DNA from: Sphingomonadaceae bacterium
GTDB taxonomy: Bacteria > Pseudomonadota > Alphaproteobacteria > Sphingomonadales > Sphingomonadaceae
DNA: 64,000 nt
Assembly: GCA_039831335.1 (NCBI GenBank)
Contig: JBDONL010000003.1
Location: 652,238 to 716,237 of the forward strand
Reading direction: 5' to 3'
A program made the position numbers and the translations under genes. A model generated the notes under the pieces. That model saw only the letters and a list, made by a program, of their open reading frames with translations. It had not been told where the DNA came from and did not search any database. Positions within the stretch are counted from its first letter, which is position 1, and every line of letters starts with the position of its first letter. Positions 1 through 10,102 of the stretch are shown piece after piece.

Positions 1-1203
1 ATCTCATCAGAAGATAGTCTGCGGTCCAAAGCCGATGCGATCATCATGGTCCTCAACGGGAAATTGCCCGCAAAAGACGTATTCTCACCAGAGTTTCTTG
101 CCCAGGTTTCACCTTCGCAGCTGAGTGCCTTGCAAACCCAATTGGTTGCAGCATACGGCCCTCTTCAAGGTGTCGAAAGCATCACCAAGACGGGAGAATT
201 TTCAGCAAAAATCGCTTTGCGCTACGAAAAAGCCGTCGGTTCAGGAGTGATGACAATTGCGCCTGATGCGCCGCATCTGGTCACAGGACTACGCTTGACC
301 AGTTTCGAAACAAAAAACGATACGGCTGCCAAGATTTCAGCCGACCTTCGTGCCTTGTCGGGGACGATCAGTGCCTATTACGGCCCACTAAATGGTGAAA
401 GGCCACTCATCAGCATCAATGAAGATCGCCCGATGGCAGTCGGCTCGGCATTCAAGCTGTTTGTCCTTTCAGCCTTATCGAACTCTATTGAGGCAGATCA
501 GCATCGCTGGAATGAAATTGTACCTCTTACCGCAAAATCATATCCGAGCGGATTGCTGCAATCCTGGCCCAAGGATTCGCCTCTAACGGTGCAATCGCTG
601 GCCACCCTGATGATTCAGATCAGCGATAACACGGCAGCCGACCAGTTGATTGGGTTGTTGGGACGCAGTGCTGTCGAGCGGGAATTTGCTGCCAGCGGTG
701 GGGCAAGCACACCGACATTTCCATTTCTTACGACAAGGGAAATGTTCACGATCAAATCCGACCCCGCATTGCTCGAAACTTATGCCAAAGCTGATACTGC
801 CGACAGACGGAGGCTGCTAGAATCGCTGCCGAAGACGCATACGCCACAAGATCGGGTAATCTCTGCTTTCAGTGGGAAGCCTGTCGCAATTGATCGCATC
901 GAATGGTTCGTCAGCGCCGATCAGATGCGAAAGCTTCTGCAGCGATTGACCGGACCTGATTCAGAAAAAGCAAGAGACATCATGGCCATCAACATCGCGG
1001 TCGGTGACAAGATTCGCCAGAACTGGAGCTATATCGGGTACAAGGGTGGCTCCGAGCCGGGAGTATTGGACATGACTTGGTTGCTGCGCACCAAGGCCGG
1101 TGAGTGGCGTGTTCTGACTCTCGCCTGGAATGATCCTGACAAGCCGGTTGCGACCGAAACCCTGCTGGCGCTGGGTAAGCGGATTCTCTCGTTACCCGAC
1201 TGA
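1..1203 (+). CDS. Class A beta-lactamase-like serine hydrolase (Cpe/LpqF-like), probably 5'-truncated by the window edge
   Basis: ORF 46..1203. The frame stays open back to base 1 and there is no signal peptide at Met46. Motifs: S-x-x-K (SAFK), SDN (ISDNTAAD) and a KTG-like YKGG. Confidence 0.7.
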   Translation: MSSEDSLRSKADAIIMVLNGKLPAKDVFSPEFLAQVSPSQLSALQTQLVAAYGPLQGVESITKTGEFSAKIALRYEKAVGSGVMTIAPDAPHLVTGLRLTSFETKNDTAAKISADLRALSGTISAYYGPLNGERPLISINEDRPMAVGSAFKLFVLSALSNSIEADQHRWNEIVPLTAKSYPSGLLQSWPKDSPLTVQSLATLMIQISDNTAADQLIGLLGRSAVEREFAASGGASTPTFPFLTTREMFTIKSDPALLETYAKADTADRRRLLESLPKTHTPQDRVISAFSGKPVAIDRIEWFVSADQMRKLLQRLTGPDSEKARDIMAINIAVGDKIRQNWSYIGYKGGSEPGVLDMTWLLRTKAGEWRVLTLAWNDPDKPVATETLLALGKRILSLPD

Positions 1204-1274
1204 TGACTTGCCCTTGGCATTGCGTGCCCCTAGCACAGTTGCAAATCGCAATTGGATTTGAGGATCACAGCCAG

Positions 1275-2123
1275 ATGACGCAGCGTTTCGAAGGCACCAG
1301 CTCATATATCGCCACCGAGGATCTCAAGGTCGCGGTCAATGCCGCCGTCACCTTGCGCCGTCCATTGCTGGTCAAGGGCGAGCCCGGGACCGGCAAGACC
1401 GTTCTGGCTGCCGAAGTCGCGAAGGCGATGGGGGCCCCGTTGATCGAATGGAACGTCAAATCGACCACTAAGGCGCATCAAGGTCTCTACGAATACGATG
1501 CTGTTGCGCGCCTGCGTGACGGGCAGCTCGGCGACGAGCGAGTCCACGATATCAGCAATTACATCAAGCGCGGCAAGCTGTGGGAAGCGTTCACCTCGCC
1601 CGAACTGCCGGTGCTGCTGATCGACGAGATCGACAAGGCCGATATCGAGTTTCCCAACGATCTGTTGCAGGAACTCGATCGCATGAGTTTCGACGTTTAC
1701 GAAACGCAGGAGCGGATCGAGGCGAAGGAGCGCCCGATCGTCGTCATCACATCGAACAACGAAAAGGAATTGCCTGACGCATTCCTGCGCCGCTGCTTTT
1801 TCCACTATATCAAGTTCCCCGATCGCGAGACGATGCAGGACATCATCGATGTTCACTTCCCCGGCATCCAGAAGACGCTGGTGAAGAAGGCGATGGACGT
1901 CTTTTACGAAATCCGTGACGTTCCGGGTCTGAAGAAAAAGCCCTCCACCAGCGAACTGCTCGACTGGCTCAAGCTGCTTCTGAACGAGGATATGCCGCTG
2001 GAAGTGCTGCAGGACGCCAATCCGAACAGCGCAATCCCGCCGCTGCATGGTGCCCTGCTCAAGAACGAACAGGATGTCATGCTGTTCGAGCGACTTGCGT
2101 TCATGGCTCGACGACAGAGCTGA
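1275..2123 (+). CDS. MoxR-type AAA+ ATPase (CoxD-like partner of a CoxE-type VWA protein)
   Basis: Walker A GEPGTGKT and Walker B LLIDEIDKA. Start placed at ATG 1275 (MTQRFEG...), not the 1203 ORF start, which directly abuts the upstream gene's stop codon. Confidence 0.85.
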   Translation: MTQRFEGTSSYIATEDLKVAVNAAVTLRRPLLVKGEPGTGKTVLAAEVAKAMGAPLIEWNVKSTTKAHQGLYEYDAVARLRDGQLGDERVHDISNYIKRGKLWEAFTSPELPVLLIDEIDKADIEFPNDLLQELDRMSFDVYETQERIEAKERPIVVITSNNEKELPDAFLRRCFFHYIKFPDRETMQDIIDVHFPGIQKTLVKKAMDVFYEIRDVPGLKKKPSTSELLDWLKLLLNEDMPLEVLQDANPNSAIPPLHGALLKNEQDVMLFERLAFMARRQS

Positions 2124-2135
2124 GCCAAGCCGTCT

Positions 2136-3407
2136 TCAGCACTCGAACTCCGCGGCTTCCGGCACGCGGCTGAACGCGATCTTGACGCCAAGATAGTTGA
2201 GATCGAGCCCGTTCTGCGAGCTTAGCGCCACGGTCTGTTTGCCATAGCGGCGATTGAGGTTGTCGATAGTGTTCCACAGCTTGGCCTGACGCGCGTCGCA
2301 GGCATCTTCCTCGGCAGAAACGAACAGGTCCAGCGGAGGTGCTTCGGGACGCAGATCGTGAAGGTAGCACGTCACGCTTTTCAGCTGTGCGCGCCGATGC
2401 AAGGAGGAGATAATCCGGGGCCAGCCGGCATCCAACTCACGCAGGAAACGCCAGCTGTTCTGGGTGGGGCGAAACAGCGCCTCATGGCCCAGCACGCCAC
2501 CTTCGGCAGGCTTGGCGGTCAACTGCATCGCTCCGGCGTGAAGCCCGTAATAGCGCAAACGGCTTGCGGCCTTGAGCAGCAGCGCGCGTGCCACGATCCT
2601 TGCGTTCTCCGGCTCTCGATACGCGCCAGAAAGGACGCGGCTATGACCGATCATTCGCTTGGCCGCGGGGGCTGCCCGGCGGATATCGTAGCCGTGCAGG
2701 CCGTAATGAAAGCGTTCCCCCTCAACCGAGTTCCAGATCGCCCGCATCTGTTTGGCCTGCAGGTTCCACAATCCCAAAAAATCATGCACTCCGGCGCGTG
2801 AAAGGCGCGCTTCTACGCCAGCGCCGATGCCGGGAATATCGCGGAGCGGCAGGTCGGCCAACGCATCGGGCAGCATGGAATTGTCGATCGAAGTCAGACC
2901 GTCGGGCTTGACCAGTTCACCGGCGAGCTTGGCCAACAAAGGGCTGGCGGCAAGGCCGATGGATGCTTTGAGCGAAACCCCGACACGCTCTGAAATTCCA
3001 CGCTTGATTTCCCGGGCCTTCGCTTTCGCTCGCTCCGGCTCCGTCTCCGTTCGGTCCAGCGCGCACAAGCACTCGTCGATCGAGCAGATCTGCGTGATCG
3101 GGATGTGCCGGGCAATCTCTTCCATCAGCGCCCCATGCACCTCGACATAGCGGTCGTGCCTGGCTGGACGGATGGCTATTTCGGGGCAGAGTTTGCGTGC
3201 TTCGGCAACCGTGGTTCCGCGCGTTATTCCCAGCGCCATGGCCTCGTAACTGGCGGCAATCGCCCCGCTGTGCTCCGAGGCAAGTGGAATGACGATAACC
3301 GGACGCCCGCGCAGCGCCGCATCGTCATGTTGTTCGACGCTGGCGAAAAACGCATTGAAATCTATGAACAAGTACCGCAGCTCATGCGGGCCTGCACGAT
3401 CGAACAT
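2136..3407 (-). CDS. Y-family DNA polymerase (DinB/UmuC-like)
   Basis: N-terminal FIDFNAFFASVEQ and the SIDE catalytic motif typical of Y-family polymerases. 423 aa. Confidence 0.8.
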   Translation of the reverse strand: MFDRAGPHELRYLFIDFNAFFASVEQHDDAALRGRPVIVIPLASEHSGAIAASYEAMALGITRGTTVAEARKLCPEIAIRPARHDRYVEVHGALMEEIARHIPITQICSIDECLCALDRTETEPERAKAKAREIKRGISERVGVSLKASIGLAASPLLAKLAGELVKPDGLTSIDNSMLPDALADLPLRDIPGIGAGVEARLSRAGVHDFLGLWNLQAKQMRAIWNSVEGERFHYGLHGYDIRRAAPAAKRMIGHSRVLSGAYREPENARIVARALLLKAASRLRYYGLHAGAMQLTAKPAEGGVLGHEALFRPTQNSWRFLRELDAGWPRIISSLHRRAQLKSVTCYLHDLRPEAPPLDLFVSAEEDACDARQAKLWNTIDNLNRRYGKQTVALSSQNGLDLNYLGVKIAFSRVPEAAEFEC

Positions 3408-3498
3408 GGCTCCGAAATCTCCGTGAGCGAATCACGTATGAGAACATATACGGAACACTGGAGATTGTCAGCGCCTCTGCGACATTGAAAACCGCAAA

Positions 3499-4899
3499 TC
3501 AGCTCAAGGTATAGGCCAGCTCGAAATCGCCCCAGCGACGGCCGCCGATTGTCACAGTGACGTAGACATTGCGCACCACGCGATAGGTCTTGCCGTCACC
3601 TTCCTGACGATAGACAGCCATCATGTACGGCTTGGTCTTGACCTTGGCGCGTTGGTCGATCGGGTCCAGGATTATCCGGCCGTTGCGGCAGAATTGGGTA
3701 TCATGCGTCTTGTCGCCGGTCGGAGCTTGCGAATGCTTCGTAAGGTGAGTCGGAAGGTGCCCGCGCATATCGGTGCAGGCCGCAGCCACAATCCGCGGGT
3801 CCGATCCTGCAACTTCGTCCAGCTTGTGACGCCAATTATCATGCGCCCAATCCATCAGCCTGTTGCGGAAACGTTGCGGGTTCGATCCTTCGATCAAGAC
3901 ATATTGGTCGTCGAACAATTGCTCCATCGACAATTTGCCAGCGGCAATCGCATCCTCGGCCATCGAGACCACATCGAGCGCATGGCGTTGCGCCATTTCG
4001 ACCATGGCGCTGTCCTGCGGGGAAAGCCCGGCGTGAACGAGGCTGTCGAACATGTCGCTGGCGACCATTTCGAGGTCCTCGACCCGCGCATGAACGGTTT
4101 CGAGCTTGCTTTCGTTGTCGGAAGCAGCCTGGTCGAAGCTTTCGATGACTTGCTGCACGCGGGTAACGTGATCGGTCATCATGCCGGTCGCGCGGGCGAT
4201 CTGGTCGTTCTGCGAATCCACCTCGCCCACCAGACGCGAAACGTCTTCGATGGTTTGTTCGATACTTGCGACGGATGTCTTGGCTTCGGTGCTGGCCTTT
4301 GCTCCGACCTCGATACGCTCGATCACCGATCCGGCTTCATCGCCAAGCGTATCGATCACTTCGGCGATTTCATTGGTTGCCTTGCGGGTTTCGCCGGCGA
4401 GACTTTTCACCTCGTTGGCAACGACAGCAAATGTGCGCCCCGCATCGCCCGCGCGCATCGCCTCGATGGTGGCGTTGAGCGCGAGGATATTGGTCGTCTC
4501 GGCGATCTGCTCGATGTCCTTGGAGCAGCGCTTCACCTGATCCATCGCGGCAGCAAAGCCGGTGACATGCGATGCCAATGCGTCGACTAGTTCGAGGAGG
4601 TCCGAAATCTGCCCTAGCGAGGACTGGATCATATGCGTGCCTTGCGACAGGCGATCGATCGCCCGTGCGGACAGCAGTCTCGCCTCGTCGCTTGCTTCGG
4701 CCACCTTGCGCTGGTCGCGCTCGAGTTCGTGGACCGTGCCCTGAAGCTCGATATGCTCGGCGCGCAAGACGCTGGAGGTGTCGATAACCGCCTGGACGAT
4801 GCCGGCGACGTCGGAGCAGCCCACGGTCACTTTGCCGCACGCTTCCGGTATCAGATCGATGGCCGATGCACCCCTGGCATCCAGCGCGCTCAATTCCAT
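3499..4899 (-). CDS. Soluble methyl-accepting chemotaxis protein with a C-terminal sensor-like domain
   Basis: MCP signalling hairpin core [37 protein letters not shown]. No hydrophobic TM segments. ATG at 4899 with an AGGGGG about 12 nt upstream; an alternative GTG lies at 4944. Confidence 0.8.
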   Translation of the reverse strand: MELSALDARGASAIDLIPEACGKVTVGCSDVAGIVQAVIDTSSVLRAEHIELQGTVHELERDQRKVAEASDEARLLSARAIDRLSQGTHMIQSSLGQISDLLELVDALASHVTGFAAAMDQVKRCSKDIEQIAETTNILALNATIEAMRAGDAGRTFAVVANEVKSLAGETRKATNEIAEVIDTLGDEAGSVIERIEVGAKASTEAKTSVASIEQTIEDVSRLVGEVDSQNDQIARATGMMTDHVTRVQQVIESFDQAASDNESKLETVHARVEDLEMVASDMFDSLVHAGLSPQDSAMVEMAQRHALDVVSMAEDAIAAGKLSMEQLFDDQYVLIEGSNPQRFRNRLMDWAHDNWRHKLDEVAGSDPRIVAAACTDMRGHLPTHLTKHSQAPTGDKTHDTQFCRNGRIILDPIDQRAKVKTKPYMMAVYRQEGDGKTYRVVRNVYVTVTIGGRRWGDFELAYTLS

Positions 4900-5026
4900 G
4901 CGACAGCAACCCCCTAGATCCTGAATTCGCGCTGGATTTACCACACAGAAGTTAGGGGGTGGTTAAGCATAGCAAATGAAATTGCGGGGCTGGCTTCGCG
5001 CCGCGCGCTCGCCTAAGCTGTATGCC

Positions 5027-6208
5027 ATGTTCTTCAACTTCGTCGACGAGCTACGCGCGGCGGGCATTCCCGCCAGCTTCAAGGAGCACCTCACTTTGAT
5101 CGAGGCGCTCGACCGGGACGTTATCGGGCAATCGCCCGAAGCGTTCTATTATTTGTCCCGCGCGACCTTCGTGAAGGACGAAGGGCTGCTCGACCGGTTC
5201 GACCAGGTTTTCCAGCGCGTATTCAAGGGCATTTTCAGCGATTACGGCCAGAACCCGGTCGATATACCGGAAGACTGGTTGAAAGCGGTGGCGGAGAAAT
5301 TCCTGACGCCGGAGGAGATGGAAGCGATCAAATCCCTCGGCAGCTGGGACGAGATCATGGAAACGCTCAAGAAGCGTCTCGAAGAACAGGAAAAGCGCCA
5401 TCAGGGCGGCAACAAGTGGATCGGCACCGGTGGAACCTCGCCCTTCGGCAATTCGGGCTATAATCCCGAAGGCGTAAGGATCGGAGGCGAGAGCAAGCAC
5501 AAGCGCGCGCTGAAAGTGTGGGACAAGCGCGAGTTCAAGAACCTCGACAACACCAAGGAACTGGGCACCCGCAACATCAAGATGGCGCTGCGCCGCCTGC
5601 GCCGCTTCGCGCGCGAGGGCGCGGCGGACGAGCTGGATATCGACCAGACGATCCGCGGCACCGCCAAGCAGGGCTGGCTCGACATCCACATGCGGCCCGA
5701 GCGGCGCAATGCGGTCAAGCTGCTGCTGTTCCTCGACGTCGGGGGCTCGATGGACCCGTTCATCAAGCTGTGCGAGGAATTGTTCAGCGCCGCGACGACC
5801 GAATTCAAGAACCTCGAATTCTTCTACTTCCACAATTGCCTCTACGAAGGCGTGTGGAAAGACAACCGCCGCCGCTGGCAGGAACGCACCAAGACGTGGG
5901 ATGTGCTCCACAAATTCGGTCACGATTACAAGGTGATCTTCGTTGGTGACGCTGCGATGAGCCCCTATGAAATTACCCATCCCGGCGGCAGCGTCGAACA
6001 TATGAACGAAGAAGCGGGCGCCACCTGGATGCAGCGCGTGGTGGAAACCTATCCCGCGACCGTCTGGCTCAACCCCGTGCCCGAAAAGCAGTGGGGCTAC
6101 TCGCAAAGCACCAAGGTGATGAAGCATCTGGTCAAGGACCGGATGTATCCGCTGACGCTCGACGGGCTGGACGATGCGATGCGCGAATTGAGTCGCAAAC
6201 AGGGATGA
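5027..6208 (+). CDS. VWA domain-containing protein, CoxE-like
   Basis: N-terminal MFFNFVDELRAAGIP is typical of the CoxE/VWA family. MIDAS-like LFLDVGGSMD. Start at ATG 5027 inside ORF 4976..6208. Confidence 0.8.
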   Translation: MFFNFVDELRAAGIPASFKEHLTLIEALDRDVIGQSPEAFYYLSRATFVKDEGLLDRFDQVFQRVFKGIFSDYGQNPVDIPEDWLKAVAEKFLTPEEMEAIKSLGSWDEIMETLKKRLEEQEKRHQGGNKWIGTGGTSPFGNSGYNPEGVRIGGESKHKRALKVWDKREFKNLDNTKELGTRNIKMALRRLRRFAREGAADELDIDQTIRGTAKQGWLDIHMRPERRNAVKLLLFLDVGGSMDPFIKLCEELFSAATTEFKNLEFFYFHNCLYEGVWKDNRRRWQERTKTWDVLHKFGHDYKVIFVGDAAMSPYEITHPGGSVEHMNEEAGATWMQRVVETYPATVWLNPVPEKQWGYSQSTKVMKHLVKDRMYPLTLDGLDDAMRELSRKQG

Positions 6209-6212
6209 GCGG

Positions 6213-7055
6213 TTGAGACATTCCCGTTTCGAGGCAATCCGGCTTCGGCTCGAAGCGTTCGATCCCGGCAGCGGATGGAAGCTGTGGCTTTACGAATTCC
6301 TGTTGTTCGTCTTCAAGCAAGGGTGGGCGTGCCTGTTCGGTGCGCTGATGCTGGGCCTGCTGCTGGTGACGCATTTCGTCTATCCAGCAGACGCACCGCT
6401 CTATCGCTATGATTTCCTGACGCTGTGCGCACTACTGATCCAGGTCGCGATGCTGGCCTTCCGGCTCGAAACCTGGGCCGAAGCGAAGGTGATCCTGATC
6501 TTCCACGTCGTTGGCACGGTGATGGAACTGTTCAAGACGAGTACCGGATCATGGCTCTATCCCGAGCCAAGCCTGCTGCACATCGGCGCGGTGCCGCTGT
6601 TTTCCGGCTTTATGTATGCCAGCGTCGGCAGCTATATCGCGCGAGTGTGGCGGATCTTCGATTTTCGCTACACCGGCTATCCTCCACGATGGGCGACCTT
6701 CCTGCTGGCAACGGCAATCTATATCAATTTCTTCGCCCATCACTGGCTACCCGACATCCGGCTGGCACTGTTCGTAGCCACCGTGCTGATGTTCGCGCGG
6801 ACGCGGGTCTATTTCAGGAACTGGCGCAGCCATCGCTGGATGCCGCTGCTTCTCGGATTCTTCCTCGTGGCGGTGTTCATCTGGGGCGCTGAGAACATCG
6901 GCACTTTTGCCCATGCCTGGACCTATCCGGGGCAAGAGGAGCAATGGCACATGGTCGGCGTTGCCAAGCTGGGCAGCTGGTTCCTGCTGATGCTGATCAG
7001 TTTCGTGCTGGTGAGCCTCGTTTCGCCAATCAAAGCTCCCGAAACTATCCAATAG
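6213..7055 (+). CDS. DUF817-like multi-pass membrane protein
   Basis: 280-aa hydrophobic ORF. N-terminal FVFKQGWACLFGALMLGLLL resembles the DUF817 signature. Only a TTG start is available. Confidence 0.6.
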   Translation: MRHSRFEAIRLRLEAFDPGSGWKLWLYEFLLFVFKQGWACLFGALMLGLLLVTHFVYPADAPLYRYDFLTLCALLIQVAMLAFRLETWAEAKVILIFHVVGTVMELFKTSTGSWLYPEPSLLHIGAVPLFSGFMYASVGSYIARVWRIFDFRYTGYPPRWATFLLATAIYINFFAHHWLPDIRLALFVATVLMFARTRVYFRNWRSHRWMPLLLGFFLVAVFIWGAENIGTFAHAWTYPGQEEQWHMVGVAKLGSWFLLMLISFVLVSLVSPIKAPETIQ

Positions 7056-8298
7056 GATCGTCGAGCGAACTTGGCGGCGTGCTGAACCAGCGTGGGCCGC
7101 TATCGGTCATGTGGAAGCAATCCTCGATCCTTATGCCGAATTCGCCGGGAATGTATATGCCCGGCTCATCCGAAAAGCACATTCCGGGTGCCAGCTTCGT
7201 GGTCTCGCCGTGGACGAGGTTGACAGGCTCGTGTCCGTCCAAACCGATCCCATGGCCGGTGCGGTGCGAAGTGCCCGGCAGCTTGTAGCCCGGGCCGTAA
7301 CCAAGCGTTCGGTAATACGCTCGCACCGCGTCGTCGACCTTGCCCGCATCGGTGCCGATCTGCGCCGTTTCGAACGCGATCTCCTGGCCCTTGCGCATCT
7401 GGTTCCAGACAAGGCATTGCTTGGGTGTGGCTTCCCCGAAAACGAAACTGCGCGAGATGTCGGACTGGTAGCCATGCACCGCGCAACCACAGTCGAGCAG
7501 CACCACCGAGCCTTCGCGCACTTCCTGCTTCTGGTGAGACCCGTGCGGATAAGCGCTCGCCTCGCCCAACAGCACCAAAGCGAATTCCGGGGAACCGCCC
7601 ATTTGGGTGGTAGCAGCGTTGATCATCCCACCGATGTCCTGCGGGCTCATACCCGCTTCAATGCGGGGATAGACATGGCGGTAGGCCGCCATGGTGATGT
7701 CGGTCGCGGTCTGCATCAGCGCAAGTTCCGCCGGAGATTTGATCATCCGGCACCCGCGCACGACCGCATCGGCGTTGACGATGCTGGCTCTGGGAAGCGC
7801 GTGCTGCAGGCGGTCGACCGCGAAATAGCGCACCGTCTCCTCGATCCCGATGCGGCCCTTGCCCAGCCCCTGTTGGGTCAACCATGTCCCGAGAATCGCG
7901 AGCGGGTTCTCGTCCTCGTTCCATGTCAGAACCTGTGCCTCTACGCCGAGCGTTTCGCGGACCGAAGGTTCCTCGAAAAACGGGGTGACAATGGCGATCG
8001 CGCCTTCGCGTGTCATGACCGCGCCGGTCAGCCTTTCGCTGCGCCACCATTGGACGCCCGTGAAATAAACCATGCTCGACCCGGCCTCGACCAGCACTGC
8101 GTCGATATTGTGCGCGCGCATCAGCGCGGCGGCGCGGGTGATGCGTGCTTTACGTTCGTCGGGCGAAATCGGGATGGCGGATGCCGCCAGATCGGTGAAT
8201 TCCCCCGTCGCCTCCCTACCTCTGGCAGTCGCGCGCAATGAAATGGTGCTGACAAGCCCTGCCAGCCCGGCAGTTGCGATAAAATTGCGCCGGTCCAC
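7045..8298 (-). CDS. M24 family metallopeptidase (Xaa-Pro peptidase-like), Tat-exported
   Basis: Twin-arginine leader MDRRNFIATAGLAGL. Metal-binding region HRTGHGIGLDGHEP and a C-terminal EPG...IRIED. Confidence 0.85.
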   Translation of the reverse strand: MDRRNFIATAGLAGLVSTISLRATARGREATGEFTDLAASAIPISPDERKARITRAAALMRAHNIDAVLVEAGSSMVYFTGVQWWRSERLTGAVMTREGAIAIVTPFFEEPSVRETLGVEAQVLTWNEDENPLAILGTWLTQQGLGKGRIGIEETVRYFAVDRLQHALPRASIVNADAVVRGCRMIKSPAELALMQTATDITMAAYRHVYPRIEAGMSPQDIGGMINAATTQMGGSPEFALVLLGEASAYPHGSHQKQEVREGSVVLLDCGCAVHGYQSDISRSFVFGEATPKQCLVWNQMRKGQEIAFETAQIGTDAGKVDDAVRAYYRTLGYGPGYKLPGTSHRTGHGIGLDGHEPVNLVHGETTKLAPGMCFSDEPGIYIPGEFGIRIEDCFHMTDSGPRWFSTPPSSLDDPIG

Positions 8299-8319
8299 GG
8301 CCCCCTCCCCTGATGTGCC

Positions 8320-9522
8320 TTACGTGTATAACAAAACCGGAGCGATGTCGTCGCGCCATTGCTGCTCGTCGCGTGTAGCGAGAGCATCGAGATCCCCCGC
8401 CTCAGCAGTTGCGTCGTCGACCCATTCGCGCAAGCCCGGACCGCCGTTGATCACGTCGATCGCGAGCCGGTCGAACTCGTACTCATAGGCAAAGTCGCGC
8501 CACAAATCGTAATCCGGGTAGAGCCGCCGGATCGCCTTGAACGCCAGCGCCTGCAATCGCCACGGTTTGAAGGCGTCGGGATCGTAGAACCGGCCTTCTG
8601 CGTGGATCATGATCCCATTGCACAATTCGCCTGCGTGCTTGTGGAAAGTCGGGGTGAACCAGCATTCACGCAAAGCGCAGCCTGTCATCCATTGCGGTGC
8701 GACGCGTTCCATTTCCGCCAGCACGACTTTGGCGTCGACGTCCGGCGCACCGAACAACACTTCGAGCGGGCGGGTGGTCCCCCTCCCCTCGCTGAGGTTG
8801 GCGCCTTCGAGCAGCACCGTTCCGGCGTAGGCGCGCGCCATGTTGAGGCTGGCGGCATTAGGGCTGGGATTGATCCAGATGCGGTCGGTCGGCCAGCCAT
8901 AACCTGGTGCGGAATGCGGCTCCCAGCCTGTCATTTCGATGACCCGGTAATCGACATCGAGGCCGAATTGGCGGATAAACCAGTGCCCCATTTCGCCCAT
9001 GGTCAGGCCATGGCGCATTGGCATGGGGGCGGCGCCGACAAAGCTCTCCTGTCCTGCAAGCAGCAGAGTTCCCTCGATCGGGCGCCCTGCGGGATTGGGA
9101 CGATCGAGCACCCAGACGCTCTTGCCGTGCCTGGCTGCTTCCTCGAGCAGATAGAGCAGCGTCGTGACGAAGGTGTAGATCCGGCACCCAAGGTCTTGCA
9201 GGTCGAACAGGAACACATCCGCACTCGACATCATCTGTCCGGTCGGGCGACGAACCTCGCCGTAGAGGCTGAACACCGGAATACCATAGGTCGGATCGGT
9301 ATCGTCCGCAGTTTCGACCATATTGTCCTGCTTGTCGCCTTTCAGCCCGTGCTGCGGACCGAATGCGCTCGTCACATTGATCCCGGCAGCTATCAGCGCG
9401 TCGAGGCTGTGCGTGAGGTCCTGGGTTACCGAAGCCGGGTGCGCGACCAGCGCAACCCGCTTTCCGGTAAGTTCTGAGCGCAAGTTCTGTTCTTCCAGCA
9501 GTCGATCGATCCCCAGCTTCAT
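8320..9522 (-). CDS. DUF1343 family protein (NamZ-like exo-beta-N-acetylmuramidase family)
   Basis: N-terminal GIDRLL...LTGKRVALVAHPASV...FGPQHGLKGD matches the DUF1343/YzbB pattern. 400 aa. Confidence 0.75.
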   Translation of the reverse strand: MKLGIDRLLEEQNLRSELTGKRVALVAHPASVTQDLTHSLDALIAAGINVTSAFGPQHGLKGDKQDNMVETADDTDPTYGIPVFSLYGEVRRPTGQMMSSADVFLFDLQDLGCRIYTFVTTLLYLLEEAARHGKSVWVLDRPNPAGRPIEGTLLLAGQESFVGAAPMPMRHGLTMGEMGHWFIRQFGLDVDYRVIEMTGWEPHSAPGYGWPTDRIWINPSPNAASLNMARAYAGTVLLEGANLSEGRGTTRPLEVLFGAPDVDAKVVLAEMERVAPQWMTGCALRECWFTPTFHKHAGELCNGIMIHAEGRFYDPDAFKPWRLQALAFKAIRRLYPDYDLWRDFAYEYEFDRLAIDVINGGPGLREWVDDATAEAGDLDALATRDEQQWRDDIAPVLLYT

Positions 9523-10055
9523 CGGGCAACCTCCTTCGCCAGGGGAATCCGGAAACCGAAGGGATCATGGAAGTCGGGCTTCAAACCGTTATGCGCCATC
9601 GCCCAGTAGGAGGGACGTTTGCCCTTTTCCTCCAGCACCGCGGACAATGCCGCGCGTTCCGCTCCTTGCAGGATGGCCGCATCGATAAAGACGGTTTGCA
9701 TGAAAACGCTGCTTCCCTTGTCGTGTTTGATTTCCGGTCCGTCGCGAAGCACCGGATCATCGGCGCGATTGCGATAGCCGCTGAAACCATAGGCAGCCCA
9801 TTGGCCTGATGGCGAGAAGTTGTATTCGCGATAGCGCCCCTCCCCGTCGTACAGGAAGAGTTCGAAGCAGGTGGTCTTCCACAGATTGTCCGCCTGTCCG
9901 TGACCCTTGAAATCGGGTACTTCGAGAGCACCGCAACCATCGACGCGATAGCGTAGCATCAGTCGTCCGTCGGGCAGTTCCACCCATCGTACGCTGACCC
10001 CAGTCACTTCCTCCGGCGCAAAAGTGGGGTGAGAAACAAGATCGAAAGTTTGCAA
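9519..10055 (-). CDS. Hypothetical protein (possibly DOMON-like), coupled to the DUF1343 gene
   Basis: 178-aa ORF with a TTG start preceded by GGAGGG at about 6 nt. Its stop region overlaps the DUF1343 start by 4 nt (9519..9522). The product name is tentative. Confidence 0.55.
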   Translation of the reverse strand: MQTFDLVSHPTFAPEEVTGVSVRWVELPDGRLMLRYRVDGCGALEVPDFKGHGQADNLWKTTCFELFLYDGEGRYREYNFSPSGQWAAYGFSGYRNRADDPVLRDGPEIKHDKGSSVFMQTVFIDAAILQGAERAALSAVLEEKGKRPSYWAMAHNGLKPDFHDPFGFRIPLAKEVAR

Positions 10056-10102
10056 CCAAAGCCCTCCATGCTAGGCGCGCCGCTCTTTTTCAGGATGCAG
10101 CG

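Noticed and set aside
1203-1274. 24-codon N-terminal extension of the first MoxR ORF
   Set aside because: It begins directly at the upstream gene's stop codon and contains Cys/Trp-rich non-conserved sequence. ATG 1275 gives the usual MoxR N-terminus.
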